A DNA stretch of 64,000 nucleotides from Longimicrobiales bacterium. GTDB lineage: Bacteria; Gemmatimonadota; Gemmatimonadetes; Longimicrobiales; Gaopeijiaceae. A program made the translations under genes and the position numbers. Below the pieces are notes generated by a model. It ran no database searches. It was given only the letters and a program-made list of their open reading frames with translations, and was not told the DNA's origin. Below, piece by piece: positions 1-11,066 of the stretch. The stretch lies in the NCBI GenBank assembly GCA_965248195.1, contig CBDFIQ010000001.1, forward strand, positions 1,056,001-1,120,000, in the 5' to 3' direction. Numbering within the stretch: the stretch's first letter is position 1; every line of letters begins with the position of its first letter.

Positions 1-648
1 GCGCCCCAGATCCTTCGCGAGCGTGTCTTCGATGCACTGGCTAGGGAGAGGGCAAAGGGTCTCGGTCTCACGCCATCAGGCGGCGCGTCAGCGGTGGCCG
101 AGGCACCGCCCGGCGTCGAGGGGCCGCCCAGGAAGAACGTCTCCCGTCGGTGGATTCTTGCCGCGGCGGCGTCGGTCGTCGGCCTCATCGCCGGTGGGTC
201 CGTCGTGTTTCTCCAGAGTGCGACCGAGTCGCGGAACCGCGGCGGGCTGTTTGCGGAGGATTACCTCCGTCGGGCCGTCGCACAGGAGAGGATCGTCAGT
301 TCCGACGCCGCTGAAATCAGCCGTTTCCTGACCCGGGAGCTGGGGCGTGCCATCAGGCCGCTACAGGTTGCCGGGCTCCGTCTGACCGGCGCCGAGATCT
401 GTCTGATAGAGGGTCGGCGCGGAGCGATGATCCAGTACGTCGAGGACGGGCGCGAGATCTCCCACTACCTGATTCCCCGGGAGGGAACTGAACCGCGCGA
501 CCCGGAACCCGCCGCTGCGTGGAGCTCGAGCGGCAGCGCCGGTGGGCCGTCGCTCATCACGTGGGCGACGGGCGAGATCGAGCAGGCGCTCGTCGGTGAC
601 ATTCCCGAGGCCCACTTGATGGAGTTGGCCAGGAACGCTTCGCTGTAA
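1..648 (+). CDS. anti-sigma factor-like membrane protein (5' end outside window)
   Basis: Frame open from base 1 (APQILRERVFDAL...), single TM segment (WILAAAASVVGLIAGG), C-terminal domain with LxGAxxC and WxxGxxxxALVGD pattern typical of RsiW-like anti-sigma factors. Confidence 0.6.
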   Translation, partial: APQILRERVFDALARERAKGLGLTPSGGASAVAEAPPGVEGPPRKNVSRRWILAAAASVVGLIAGGSVVFLQSATESRNRGGLFAEDYLRRAVAQERIVSSDAAEISRFLTRELGRAIRPLQVAGLRLTGAEICLIEGRRGAMIQYVEDGREISHYLIPREGTEPRDPEPAAAWSSSGSAGGPSLITWATGEIEQALVGDIPEAHLMELARNASL

Positions 649-685
649 GTGGGTAGGGGCGCTGTAAGTGGTCAGGGGCCGTCGC

Positions 686-1045
686 TCACCCATCCACCTC
701 CTGTAGCACCGCCTCTATGATCGGGTCGATGGAAGATCCGAATCCATAAAAGCTCTTCACCACGCGTAGATCACGGTCCAGGACGATCGTGTACGGGAGG
801 CCCCGGTAGTTGTATCGGCTTCTCAAGCGTCCCCCACCGGTGCCGCTCTCATAGCCGACGCCCCCCACCTCCTCGATGAACGCCAGTCCGGCGCCGGGAG
901 CGACGTCCTCGTTCAACCCCACGATGATAGCCCGCTCGGGATCCAGCTCACGTGCGAAGGCGTCCAGGAGCGGCATCTCCCTGCGACACGGGCCGCACCA
1001 ACTCGCCCAGAAGTTTACGACGACAACCTTGCCGCGATGCTCCGT
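686..1045 (-). CDS. TlpA-family thiol:disulfide redoxin, no recognisable start codon upstream of the CxxC (possibly 5'-truncated)
   Basis: Frame of ORF 686..976 extends upstream as [29 protein letters not shown] cis-Pro motif. Confidence 0.75.
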   Translation of the reverse strand, partial: TEHRGKVVVVNFWASWCGPCRREMPLLDAFARELDPERAIIVGLNEDVAPGAGLAFIEEVGGVGYESGTGGGRLRSRYNYRGLPYTIVLDRDLRVVKSFYGFGSSIDPIIEAVLQEVDG

Positions 1046-3081
1046 GCGCCGGCCACTTTTGCGAGCGAAGCCCGGGTGGCTGCCACCACCTCGTCGGTCG
1101 TCACGCCGAAGCGCTCGTAGAGCGTCTCGGCAGGGGCCGAGGCCCCGAAGTGGTCGACGCCCACCGCGGTGCCGGTCTCACCGACCCAGCGCGCCCATCC
1201 GAACGTGGATCCTGCCTCGACCGCCACGCGGGCGTGCACCTCGGAAGGAAGCACGGCGTCGTGGTATGCCTGGTCCTGCTGCGCGAAGAGGTACCAACTC
1301 GGCATGCTGACCACGCGAGTGGCGATCCCGTCGGCTTCCAGGGCCTCTTTGGCATCCAGCGCGATCCCGACCTCGGATCCGCTCGCGATGAGGACGACCT
1401 GGGGTGTGGAGCCCGAGGCCTCGGCCAGCAGGTAGGCGCCCTTGCGGGCCCCATCAGCCGAGGCGAGTACCGTTCGGTCCAGGGAGGGGACGCCCTGCCG
1501 GGTGAGTGACAGCCAGGTGGGCCCGTCTGTCCGTTCCATCGCGATCCGCCACGCAACCGCGGTTTCGGCCGCGTCCGCGGGCCGTAGGTCCAACAGATCC
1601 GGCATGCTCCGGAGGCTCATGAGCTGTTCGATCGGCTGGTGGGTGGGGCCGTCCTCTCCGAGCCCGATCGAGTCGTGCGTGAACACATAGGTGACCGGCA
1701 GGCCCATGAGGGCCGCCAACCGGATGGAGGGCCGCATGTAGTCCGAGAAGATCAGGAACGTCCCGCCGAACGGGCGGATACCGCCGTGGAGCGCCAGGCC
1801 GTTTAAGACGCCGCCCATCCCGTGCTCACGGACCCCGAAGTGGATCACGCGGCCCCCCGGGTTGTCCGCCGACAGATCCCCCCCGCCGTCGATGTCGGTC
1901 TTGTTCGACGATCCGAGGTCTGCCGATCCGCCGATCAGATTGGGAACGCCTGCCGCGACGGTCTGAAGCACCTTGCCGGACCAGGACCGGGTGGCGTCGG
2001 CTTTGTCGACGTTCTCGTATCCGGGAATCTCGGCGTCCCAGCCCGGCGCCAGCTCCCCGGCCATCATCCGGTTGAACTCCTCGGCCAACTCGGGGTGCTC
2101 CACCCGATACGCCTCGAAGCGTGTGTTCCATTCGGCCTGGAGTTCACCGCCACGGTCCGTGGTGGCCCGCCACGCGGCGAGCCCGTCCGGGTCGACGTGG
2201 AACGGTTCGTATGAAGGGTACGCGAGGTTCGTCTTGGTTTCGGAGATCTCGTCCTCGCCGAGCGGAGCCCCATGCGTCGAGTGATGGCCCGCTTTGTTGG
2301 GGCTGCCCTCGGCGATCCGGGTCGTCATGACGATCAGCGAGGGGCGAGCGGAGTCGGCGCGGGCGGCCGTGAGTGCCTGGTCGAGCGCGGCGAGATCGGT
2401 GCCGTCGTCGACGTGCTGAACATGCCACTGATATCCGCGGAAGCGATCGGCCTGATCCGTCGACGTGCTCAGGTCGGTGGCGCCCTCGATGGTGATGCGG
2501 TTGTCGTCGAAGATCCAGATGAGCTTGCCGAGCCTCTGGTGCCCTGCCAGCGCGGCCACCTCGTGGGAGATGCCCTCCATGAGATCTCCGTCCGAGCAGA
2601 ACGCATACGTGTTGTGGTCCACCACGTCGTGGCCGGGCCGGTTGAAGCGTGCGGCCAGCCATCGCTCGGCGAGCGCCATCCCCACGGAGTTCGCGACGCC
2701 CTGGCCGAGAGGCCCGGTGGTCGTCTCGACCCCCGGCGTGTGCGTCAGCTCGGGATGCCCCGGTGTGAGTGATCCCCACTGCCGGAAATTCACGATCTCC
2801 TCCATCGGGAGGTCGTAGCCCGTCAGATGAAGCAGCGAGTAGATGAGCATCGACGCATGGCCCACCGACAGCACGAAACGGTCCCGGTCGGCCCACCCCG
2901 GGTCGGCCGGGTTGTGCCTCAGGTGCTGGGTCCAGAGCAGATACCCCATCGGAGCGAGCGCCATGGGCGTGCCCGGATGGCCGGAGTTGGCCTTCTGAAC
3001 CGCGTCCATCGAGAGCACGCGGACCGCGTCGATACAGAGGCGGTCGAGCTCGGGTGAGAGGCGGGTGGGGGACTCGGGCAT
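1015..3081 (-). CDS. tkt: transketolase
   Basis: [50 protein letters not shown] motifs. Confidence 0.98.
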   Translation of the reverse strand: MPESPTRLSPELDRLCIDAVRVLSMDAVQKANSGHPGTPMALAPMGYLLWTQHLRHNPADPGWADRDRFVLSVGHASMLIYSLLHLTGYDLPMEEIVNFRQWGSLTPGHPELTHTPGVETTTGPLGQGVANSVGMALAERWLAARFNRPGHDVVDHNTYAFCSDGDLMEGISHEVAALAGHQRLGKLIWIFDDNRITIEGATDLSTSTDQADRFRGYQWHVQHVDDGTDLAALDQALTAARADSARPSLIVMTTRIAEGSPNKAGHHSTHGAPLGEDEISETKTNLAYPSYEPFHVDPDGLAAWRATTDRGGELQAEWNTRFEAYRVEHPELAEEFNRMMAGELAPGWDAEIPGYENVDKADATRSWSGKVLQTVAAGVPNLIGGSADLGSSNKTDIDGGGDLSADNPGGRVIHFGVREHGMGGVLNGLALHGGIRPFGGTFLIFSDYMRPSIRLAALMGLPVTYVFTHDSIGLGEDGPTHQPIEQLMSLRSMPDLLDLRPADAAETAVAWRIAMERTDGPTWLSLTRQGVPSLDRTVLASADGARKGAYLLAEASGSTPQVVLIASGSEVGIALDAKEALEADGIATRVVSMPSWYLFAQQDQAYHDAVLPSEVHARVAVEAGSTFGWARWVGETGTAVGVDHFGASAPAETLYERFGVTTDEVVAATRASLAKVAGARSIAARLSS

Positions 3082-3095
3082 TAGGCTTGCTCCAC

Positions 3096-5654
3096 TTAGG
3101 CTTGCTCCACTACGAAGTTCAGGAGGCGGTCGGGTACGTAGATGACACGCTTCAGCGTGGCGCCGTCGAGGTAGCGTACGACGTTCTCATCGGATCGCGC
3201 TGCGGCTTCGGCCGCGTCCTGATCCATCCCGGCTGGTCCCTCGACGGTGGCACGGAGCTTCCCGTTCACCTGGACGGCCAGCTTCACGGAGGTCTCACGC
3301 GTCTTGGCCTCGTCGAAAGTGGGCCAGTTGGCCCCGTCGAAGATGCCACCGTCGTGGCCCAGACGCTCCCACAGCTCTTCCGCCAGGTGCGGAGCGAAGG
3401 GCGCGATCATCACGACCAGGGGCTCGACCTCGCTACGGGTGGTCGTGCGGCCACCCGCGCGCACCGCGTTCAGATACTCCATCATGGCGGCGATCGATGT
3501 GTTGAAGCCGAGCTCGGGCATCTGCCGGGTCACTTGGCGAATGGTCTGATGGAGCTTGCGCTCGACGTCCGGGTCGGCCGCGGCCCCGCCGCCGGAGTTC
3601 CCGTCGCTACCGGGGCCGACGTCGTTCTTCAGCGCGGTGGCGACCGTCTCATACAGGCGATGCAGGAACCCATGGGGTCCCTGGAGGCCCTCGTGCTGAT
3701 AGTCTCCGCCCTCTTCGTACGGGCCCAGAAACATGAGGTACGTGCGGAACGTGTCGGCTCCGTACTGTTCGATGATCTCGTCCGGAATGATCACGTTTCC
3801 CCTGCTCTTGGACATCTTGGCGCCCCCCCGGATGATCATCCCGTGAGCGCGAAAGCGGCTGAACGGCTCCTCGAATTCGAGGTGGCCCAGGTCATGGAGG
3901 GCCATCGTGATGAAGCGGGCGTAGAGGAGGTGCAGGACGGCGTGTTCGTTTCCGCCGATGTAGCAGTCGACCGGCAGCCACCTGCTCATGAGCTCACGGT
4001 CGAAGGCCACGTCATCGTGATCCGTCGAAGGGTAGCGCAGGAAATACCAGGCGCTGTCCAGGAACGTGTCCGAGACGTCGGTCTCTCGGCGAGCGGGGGC
4101 ACCGCACTGGGGACACTCGATCCGGTACCACTCCTCGACTCGCGCCAGTGGGCTCACGCCGGAATCGTCCGGCTTGAAGTCCTCGACCCTGGGCAACAGC
4201 ACCGGCAGATCCGCCTCCGGCACGGCCACCGGTCCGCACGCCTCACAGTGGATGATGGGGATGGGTGGCCCCCAGTAGCGTTGCCGCGAGATGCACCAGT
4301 CGTGAAGGCGGTAGTTCACCTTGGTCTCGCCGCGTCCGTCCTCGGCCAACCAAGCCGCGATGGCCGGCTTGGCGTCGGCAACGGCCATTCCGTCGAAACG
4401 CCCGGAGTTCACCATCACGCCGTCGCCCGCGTACGCCTCGGAAAGCGGCGTGTCCGCTCCGTCACCCTCGCCTGCCACGACGCGCACGATGGGCAACCCC
4501 ATGGCTTCGGCGAAGTCGAAGTCGCGCTCGTCGTGACCGGGAACCGCCATGATGGCTCCGGTTCCGTACTCCATGAGCACGTAGTCGGCGACCCAGATGG
4601 GAATCGGCTGCCCGGTGGCCGGGTTCAGGCAAGACCCGCCCGTATACACGCCCGTCTTGGTCTTCTCGACCTTCTGGCGCGCCACGAGGTCCTTGGCGGC
4701 CGCCTGCTCCCGGTAGGCCGCCACGGCTTCCGCCTGCTCCTCGCCCGTGACCTCGTCCACCAAGGGGTGCTCGGGTGAAAGCACCATATAGGATGCGCCG
4801 AACACCGTGTCGGGCCGTGTGGTGAAGACCTCGATCTGGGGGCGGTCCGCAAAAACCTCTCCATCCGCCACGGACCGGGTCGGGGAGCCCACGCCACCCC
4901 CTTCTTCCACTTGTCCCGGAGTCAGGATCGGGAAGTGCAGGACGGCTCCCTCGCTTCGGCCGATCCAGTTTTGCTGCGCCTTCTTGGTGGTCTCGGACCA
5001 GTCGAGCCGCCCTAGATTGTCGAGCAGCCGCTGAGCGTACTCCGTGATCCGGAAGAACCACTGTGCGATGCGCCGCTGCTCGACGGGCGTCTGGCAGCGT
5101 TCACACCGTCCCGAGATGACCTGCTCGTTCGCCAGGACCGTCATGCACGAGGGGCACCAGTTGACCGGCGCCTCCTTGCGCACAGCCAGCCCCGCGTTGA
5201 ACAGCTGGAGGAAGATCCACTGCGTCCAGCGGTAGTAGTCGGGGTCGGTGGTGTCGAGCGAATGGTCCCAGTCGAACATCCCACCGATGCGCCGTAGCTG
5301 CCGCGTGAAGTTGGCCACGTTCGACGGGATGAGGTCCATCGGGTGAACGCCCCGCTTGAGGGCGAAGTTCTCCGAGTGGATACCGAACGCGTCGAAGCCG
5401 ATCGGCTCGAAGACCCGCTTACCCGTGAGGCGTTGAAAGCGTCCGTGGACGTCCGCGCCCGTAAACGCATAGATGTTGCCCACGTGGAGCCCCTCGGCCG
5501 AGGGGTAGGGGAACATCATCAATTGGTAGTAACGGTCTTCGGCGGTCCGTAGGGTGTCGCCGGGGAAGCCGTTGGTGCCCAGCTCATCCCATCGACCCTG
5601 CCACCTGGCCTCTACTTCGGACGGGTTATAACCGCCGGTTCCGTCGCTGCTCAT
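3096..5654 (-). CDS. leuS: leucine--tRNA ligase
   Basis: [14 protein letters not shown] (HIGH-like), KMSKS, FTTRPDT and [15 protein letters not shown] editing-domain motifs. Confidence 0.98.
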   Translation of the reverse strand: MSSDGTGGYNPSEVEARWQGRWDELGTNGFPGDTLRTAEDRYYQLMMFPYPSAEGLHVGNIYAFTGADVHGRFQRLTGKRVFEPIGFDAFGIHSENFALKRGVHPMDLIPSNVANFTRQLRRIGGMFDWDHSLDTTDPDYYRWTQWIFLQLFNAGLAVRKEAPVNWCPSCMTVLANEQVISGRCERCQTPVEQRRIAQWFFRITEYAQRLLDNLGRLDWSETTKKAQQNWIGRSEGAVLHFPILTPGQVEEGGGVGSPTRSVADGEVFADRPQIEVFTTRPDTVFGASYMVLSPEHPLVDEVTGEEQAEAVAAYREQAAAKDLVARQKVEKTKTGVYTGGSCLNPATGQPIPIWVADYVLMEYGTGAIMAVPGHDERDFDFAEAMGLPIVRVVAGEGDGADTPLSEAYAGDGVMVNSGRFDGMAVADAKPAIAAWLAEDGRGETKVNYRLHDWCISRQRYWGPPIPIIHCEACGPVAVPEADLPVLLPRVEDFKPDDSGVSPLARVEEWYRIECPQCGAPARRETDVSDTFLDSAWYFLRYPSTDHDDVAFDRELMSRWLPVDCYIGGNEHAVLHLLYARFITMALHDLGHLEFEEPFSRFRAHGMIIRGGAKMSKSRGNVIIPDEIIEQYGADTFRTYLMFLGPYEEGGDYQHEGLQGPHGFLHRLYETVATALKNDVGPGSDGNSGGGAAADPDVERKLHQTIRQVTRQMPELGFNTSIAAMMEYLNAVRAGGRTTTRSEVEPLVVMIAPFAPHLAEELWERLGHDGGIFDGANWPTFDEAKTRETSVKLAVQVNGKLRATVEGPAGMDQDAAEAAARSDENVVRYLDGATLKRVIYVPDRLLNFVVEQA

Positions 5655-6072
5655 CTATATCTGAAAGAAGGCCGTGCCGCGCCTCAAAGAGGGCCATACC
5701 GCGCCTGAAAGAGGGCCCTGCCGCAGGAAGTGCGAAAAAATCATCCCAAGCAAATTTCGCCCCTAACCTATACCGGGGGCGGGGGCATCACAACGCGTCG
5801 AAGCCCGCATATTACGCGGCTAGGGTTCGGACCGGCGTCCCTCGGCTTAGACAAGCGCGTCCGCGGAGCGTGACAGGTGGTTCGTCACCCCACGGCGGGC
5901 CGGAGTGATGCGTCCCATGCCGCCATGGCCAGGCCCCAGGCTCGGGGGCTCCGTTGGGGCATGGTGACCCGCGTTGTCGCAGCTATCCGTAGACTGCTGG
6001 AAGAGGACCGCATCGAGATCACGCTCCAGCCCGGGTTCACGCCGGCGGAGCTCGACGTGGTGCGAGCGCTAC

Positions 6073-6561
6073 CGCAACCCCAAGCACCGCGCGCTACTCA
6101 TGCTTCTCTACTCCGCCGGACTCCGCGTGGGCGAGGTCGTTCGCCTGAAGTCTCCCGATCTGGATGTGGAGCGCGGACTCATTCGGGTCCGGCGGGGCAA
6201 GGGGGGCAAGGATCGCTACACCCTTCTCGCACAGCGCGCCGTAGAGGCCGTGCGCATCTACCGGGACGCATACCGCACCGACCGGTGGCTATTTCCCGGT
6301 GACCGTAGCGGTCGGCATCTTACGACGCGGTCGGTTCAACGTGTCGTAAAGAACGCCGCAAAGGCCGCCGGGATCGAAAAGGACGTCACAACCCACACCC
6401 TCCGGCACAGCTTCGCGACCCACCTGCTCGAGGGCGGCACGAACCTCCGTGTCATCCAGGAGCTCCTGGGTCACCAAAGTGCGCGCACCACCCAGATCTA
6501 CACGCACGTGGCTCAGTCGACGATCGGGGCCGTGCGGAGTCCGTTGGACAACCTCGAGTGA
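6073..6561 (+). pseudogene. 5'-truncated XerD-like/short integron-like tyrosine recombinase
   Basis: NPKHRALLMLLYSAGLR, GKGGKDR, HTLRHSFATHLLEGG, LLGH, TTQIYTHV, C-terminal SPLD; no N-terminal domain or in-frame RBS/ATG; lacks the IntI-specific insertion. Confidence 0.8.
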
Positions 6562-6744
6562 GAGTCGCCTGCGCGTAACTTGCGTGTGGCGCTGGCCGGG
6601 TGAACGTTACGGTTGCGTTGTGGACCCCACGGCGGGTGGCGTCGCCTACTGGAGCACGCGTAGCCGGTCCCGGTGGGTGACCCAGAACGTGACATCACCG
6701 TCGCGAACCCTCCCGCGAGGGGAGTGGGAGGCGACAGAGGGCTA

Positions 6745-6763
6745 CGCAAACAACGAGTTGAAC
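6745..6763 (+). other. attI-like simple site (CGCAAAC-AACGA-GTTGAAC)
   Basis: AAC-5bp-GTTRRRY geometry ~190 bp downstream of the integrase remnant. Confidence 0.4.
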
Positions 6764-6892
6764 TAAACCGCTACGCGGTGGGTGGTGAGGGCTCGCGGTG
6801 GGTGGTGATTCCGGTGTCTGAGTAGGGCCGAGGTTCCGAGGACTGGGCGAGTAGGTTGCGTGCCCCAACGCAACCCAGTCGAGGAGGGACCG

Positions 6893-6982
6893 ATGAGCGA
6901 GCTACGGCAGAAGATGCTGACGGATCTGAGGGTCCGGAACTACGCAGAGCGCACGCAGGCGATCTACATCAGACGTGTCGCC
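6893..6982 (+). pseudogene. N-terminal fragment of a tyrosine recombinase of the type found beside IS91-like transposases, cut by IS256
   Basis: RBS GAGGAGG then MSELRQKMLTDLRVRNYAERTQAIYIRRVA (integrase N-terminal SAM-like helix pattern), ending at IS boundary. Confidence 0.65.
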
Positions 6983-8358
6983 GGTCAAGTCCCGATTTGT
7001 GTGTAAAAGCGGAGGAAGCTCCTCGCCTTCGGCTAGGCTGCTTGGGCGACCTCCTGTTTCTGGAGGAGTGAGAGGTCGAGGTAACGCCGGTCGCCCCAGA
7101 CGTGTGTGGTCCTGAGTGCGACGGCCGTGATGAGCCTGAGGGCGCTGGCCCGGTCCGGGAAGGCGCCGGCGGCCTTGATCCTGCGTTTGATCTCGCCGTG
7201 CAGCCGCTCGAGGCTGTTGGTGGTACGCAGCCGGGGCCAGTGCGCCTCGGGGAACGCGTAGAACTGCGTCGCTGCCCCGAAGCCCCGCTCCAGGACCTCC
7301 ACGGCCTCGGGCAGCTCCTTCTTCCAGCGTGCGCCGAACTCGCCCAGGAGCTTCTTCGCCTCGGCGAGTCCGGATGTCTGGAAGATCACCGAGACCTCAC
7401 GCGCCACGCGCTTGCGTAGGCGGTGGGGGACCCTCGCCCCCACATTACGCTGCAGATGGACCGTACACCTCTGACGGCGTGCCTCGGGCAGGAAGCGGCG
7501 GACCGCAGCTGCCAGGCCTGCGTGCTCATCGGCGATCACGAGCTCGACACCGCCGAGGCCGCGGTCCTGGAGTTGCTCGAGGAGCTCCGACCAGCTCTGC
7601 TGCGACTCCTCAGCGCCCAGCGTGACGGCCAGGAGCCGTCGGTGACCCTCAGGGCCCACTGCATACGCCACGAGCGCACTCACGTTCTCGACTTTGCGGG
7701 CCCAGCGGGCGTCCAAGAACGTGGCGTCCAGGTACAGATAGGGGTGAGGCCCCTCGATCGGCGCACGGCGCAGCCCTTCCACGGCCTCGTCGAGCCGTTT
7801 TGCCACACGACTCACCGTCGAGCGCCCAACACGCTCGCCCATCAGCGCCTCGGTGACGTCGCCCATCTTGCGCTGTGACACGCCGCTCACATACGCCTCG
7901 ACCATCATCTCGTCGAGCTCGGGGCTCCTGCGCTGGTAGCGGCCGATCACGTCGGCCGGCGAACCGTTGTCCCGGCTCCGGGGCATGGCGACCTCGATCT
8001 GCCCCAGGCTCGTCAGCAGCCGCCTCAGGTATGTGCCGTTCCTATGGTCCTTCCGGCTTCCCACCCGCTCGAAGCGGCGTGCACCTACCATGGCCTTCAG
8101 CTCCTCTTCCAGCACCATCTCGAGCGTCAGCCGGATCGCGCCTTGAAACAGCTCGCGCAAATCATCGCGTAGCTCGTCTTGCGTGGCCCGACCGATCTCC
8201 ACAATCTCTTGCATCGGAAGCTCCTCTCCGGTTCCGAGCCTGCTCTGCAGACCCGGACTCCCGGGTTCATGTGACAGTGAACAACAACAGAGGAGCTTCC
8301 GTTTTTCTTTCCCTCCTGTCCAGCTTATCCGCTTTTACACAAATCTAGGGACACTACC
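6983..8358 (-). mobile_element. IS256-family element copy 1 (1376 bp; transposase 7033..8214)
   Basis: Imperfect TIRs GGTAGTGTCCCTAGATTTGTGTAAAAGCGG / GGTCAAGTCCCGATTTGTGTGTAAAAGCGG; DDE motifs YLDA, IADEHAGL, QRCTVH, TTNSLER; no TSD. Confidence 0.95.
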
Positions 8359-8501
8359 CTTACGACTGGTCCTCGTCGAACATGACTCGCCGCCGTATGA
8401 AGAACGCTGCCTGAAATGTTTACACACCTGTTGACCCAACCTCCTGCACGGTCACTGTACCTGTGTACTTCCCCACAAGTGGCTCAGGACCGTCAAAGAA
8501 C

Positions 8502-9819
8502 TGAATCACCCCGGGTTTGCCGGAGACTCCATCAGTTGAGAGGATGGAGTCATGAAAAGGAAAGGACAGTACTCCCCAGAGGTACGGGAGCGAGCCGTTC
8601 GGATGGTTTTCGAGCACGAGCCTGAGTACAGCTCACAGTGGGCGGCGATCTGCTCGATCTCGGAGAAGATCGGGTGCACGGCGGAGACGCTACGTAAATG
8701 GGTTCGACGAGCGGAGCGAGACACGGGGCAACGGCCCGGTCTCAAGACAGAAGAGCGTGAGCGACTGAAGGTGCTGGAGCGTGAGAATCGTGAGCTGAAG
8801 CGGGCGAACGAGATTCTGCGTAAGGCATCGGCGTATTTCGCACAGGCGGAGCTCGACCGCCGAGTTCGGTGATGGTGGCCTTCATCGACGATTACCGGCC
8901 CACGTACGGAGTCGAGCCGATCTGCGAGGTACTGCCGATCGCTCCGTCGACCTACTACACGCACAAGGCGATGCAGGCAGATCCGACGCTACGATCGGTC
9001 CGGGCTCAGCGCGACGAGATGCTGAAGCCGGAGATCCGTCGAGTGTGGATGCAGAACTTCCAGGTCTACGGGGCGAAGAAGGTGTGGAAGCAGCTGAACC
9101 GGGAAGGCATCACCGTGGCTCGATGCACGGTGGCTCGGCTCATGAAGGAACTGGAGCTTTGTGGGGTTACGCGAGGGCGGCGCTTCAAGGTGACAACGCA
9201 CACGGCGGAGGGCGACGAGCGCCCGCTGGACCTCGTGAACCGAGACTTCAGCGCGGCACGTCCCAACGAGCTGTGGGTCTCGGACCTCACGTACGTGCGG
9301 ACGGGCCATGCGTTTGTCTTCGTGGCGTTCGTGATCGATGCGTTCAGCCGTCGCATCGTCGGATGGCGGGTCTCGAACTCATTACGCAGTGACTTAGCGC
9401 TCGACGCTCTCGAGCAGGCGATCTGTGAACGCGAGGACGACGCAGACAAGCGCCTGGTGCATCACAGCGACCGCGGGGGGCAGTACCTGTCTATCCGCTA
9501 CACCGAGCGCCTGGCGTTGGCAGGCATCGAGCCGTCCGTAGGCAGCCGGGGGGATTCGTATGACAACGCCCTGGCCGAGACGATCATCGGACTCTACAAG
9601 ACCGAGCTCATTCGTCCACGCGGTCCGTGGCGCACCCTCGAAGACATCGAGCTCGCCACCCTCGAATGGGTCTGGTGGTTCAATCACCATCGCCTCTTCG
9701 AGCCCCACGGCCATATCCCGCCGGCCGAGTACGAAGAGTTGTATTATTCGCGTCAGGACGCTCCAGGTGAGCCTCTGACACTCAAGTCAAACAGTCTCCG
9801 ATGAACCCGGGGCGATTCA
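8502..9819 (+). mobile_element. IS3-family (IS51-like) element, orfA 8552..8872, orfB 8869..9804
   Basis: TG..CA ends with TIR TGAATCACCCCGGGTTT / TGAATCGCCCCGGGTTC; orfB WVSDLTYV, HHSDRGGQY, YDNALAE; no TSD. Confidence 0.95.
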
Positions 9820-10124
9820 CTTTCTTGCGAAGGTGCAAGGCTATGGGTCTGCTTCCCGTGCCGGCTATGCTCATGATGAGATGCGCAGTTGGGCGGCCTA
9901 TGAGACGTCGTGGGTACGACGTTTCGAGCGCGTCTATGACATGAACGACGATGAGGTAGAGGTCCTTCGCCGCGCGGATGTGGAGCAACGGCCGTTGGTA
10001 TCCGCGGAAACGGTTCGGTTCGTCATCGAGTTGCCTGACACCCTGGGTGGGGACAACCCCCAATCTGATGTTCCCGGGTTCGCCGCCGACATGCTACGAT
10101 GACTGGGCGCGGGAGAATCTGGAG

Positions 10125-10589
10125 ATGAGCCCGGGGCAAATCCGGACACCCCAGTTCGAGGGGCGCAGTTCATCTTCGCCGCGGGCCTCGCGGACGATGT
10201 CTGCGAACCGCTCGACAGGCACGAAGCCCGAACTCGCTCTGAGAAGTGCCGTCTGGCGCTTGGGCCTCCGCTACCGGGTCAGTCCTGTCGATGTTCGGGG
10301 AAAGCCCGACATGGTATTTCGGTCCGCGCGCGTCGCCGTGTTCTGCGATGGCGACTTTTGGCACGGAAAGGACTGGCTAGCCCGAAAGGCCCGGCTCGCT
10401 CAGGGATCAAACGCCGAGTATTGGGTGGCGAAGATTGAGGCTAACCGCGCCCGGGACCGGGAACACGCCGATGCGCTAAGAGCACAGGGGTGGCGGGTGC
10501 TACGCTTCTGGGAATCCGATATCCATCGCGATGTTGACAAGTTGGCTTCCAAGGTGGTTAGCGCTGTGAAGTCGGCACGTCCGGATTGA
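10125..10589 (+). CDS. vsr: very short patch repair endonuclease
   Basis: MSANRSTGTKPE, GKPD, FCDGDFWHG, YWxxKIExNxxRD, GWRVLRFWE. Confidence 0.9.
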   Translation: MSPGQIRTPQFEGRSSSSPRASRTMSANRSTGTKPELALRSAVWRLGLRYRVSPVDVRGKPDMVFRSARVAVFCDGDFWHGKDWLARKARLAQGSNAEYWVAKIEANRARDREHADALRAQGWRVLRFWESDIHRDVDKLASKVVSAVKSARPD

Positions 10590-10806
10590 GCTCCGGGCGC
10601 CTTCGGCGCCCTCCGCTCGTCTCGCGGAGGACATCTGGATCTATCGAAAACTTTGCCGACGCTCGGCTCGAACCTACGGTTCTGTCGTGCGACTCCGTCG
10701 CCCGACGCGTGCTCGCCTGCGGCGACCCCGCTGAATCCGGCCGCCCCGCCTGAGTCTCCGCAATGACGAAAGGCCCCACAGCGAACAAAGTGCTGCGGAG
10801 CCTCAG

Positions 10807-10880
10807 TCGGGACGGCCGGATTCGAACCGGCGACCCCCTGAACCCCATTCAGGTGCGCTACCGAGCTGCGCCACGTCCCG
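10807..10880 (-). tRNA. tRNA-Pro(GGG)
   Basis: Cloverleaf CGGGACG...CGTCCCGA, anticodon loop ATGGGGT, GTTCGAATC T-loop. Confidence 0.95.
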
Positions 10881-11066
10881 TGAGGGAGGGAATATAGAGG
10901 GAGGGTAGGGGGGGCTCAACTGGATGGGTGGGGTTTGTCCATGGCCTGATGGTGATGGTGGTGGCTGGGATGGGTACGGTCGTGAGGGTTGTGTCCGGAT
11001 CCCCAGGAGGAGTGTCATGAGCGCGAGCAAAAGAACGATGGATCTCGGTGAGTCCAGCTTGTCCGG

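Noticed and set aside
641..671. 12-bp direct repeat CGCTGTAAGTGG between convergent genes
   Set aside because: Two copies only, no supporting context
3054..4778. 574-aa ORF antisense to leuS and other long shadow ORFs (e.g. 37882..39000, 57468..58355)
   Set aside because: Expected antisense open frames in high-GC coding DNA; no recognisable motifs
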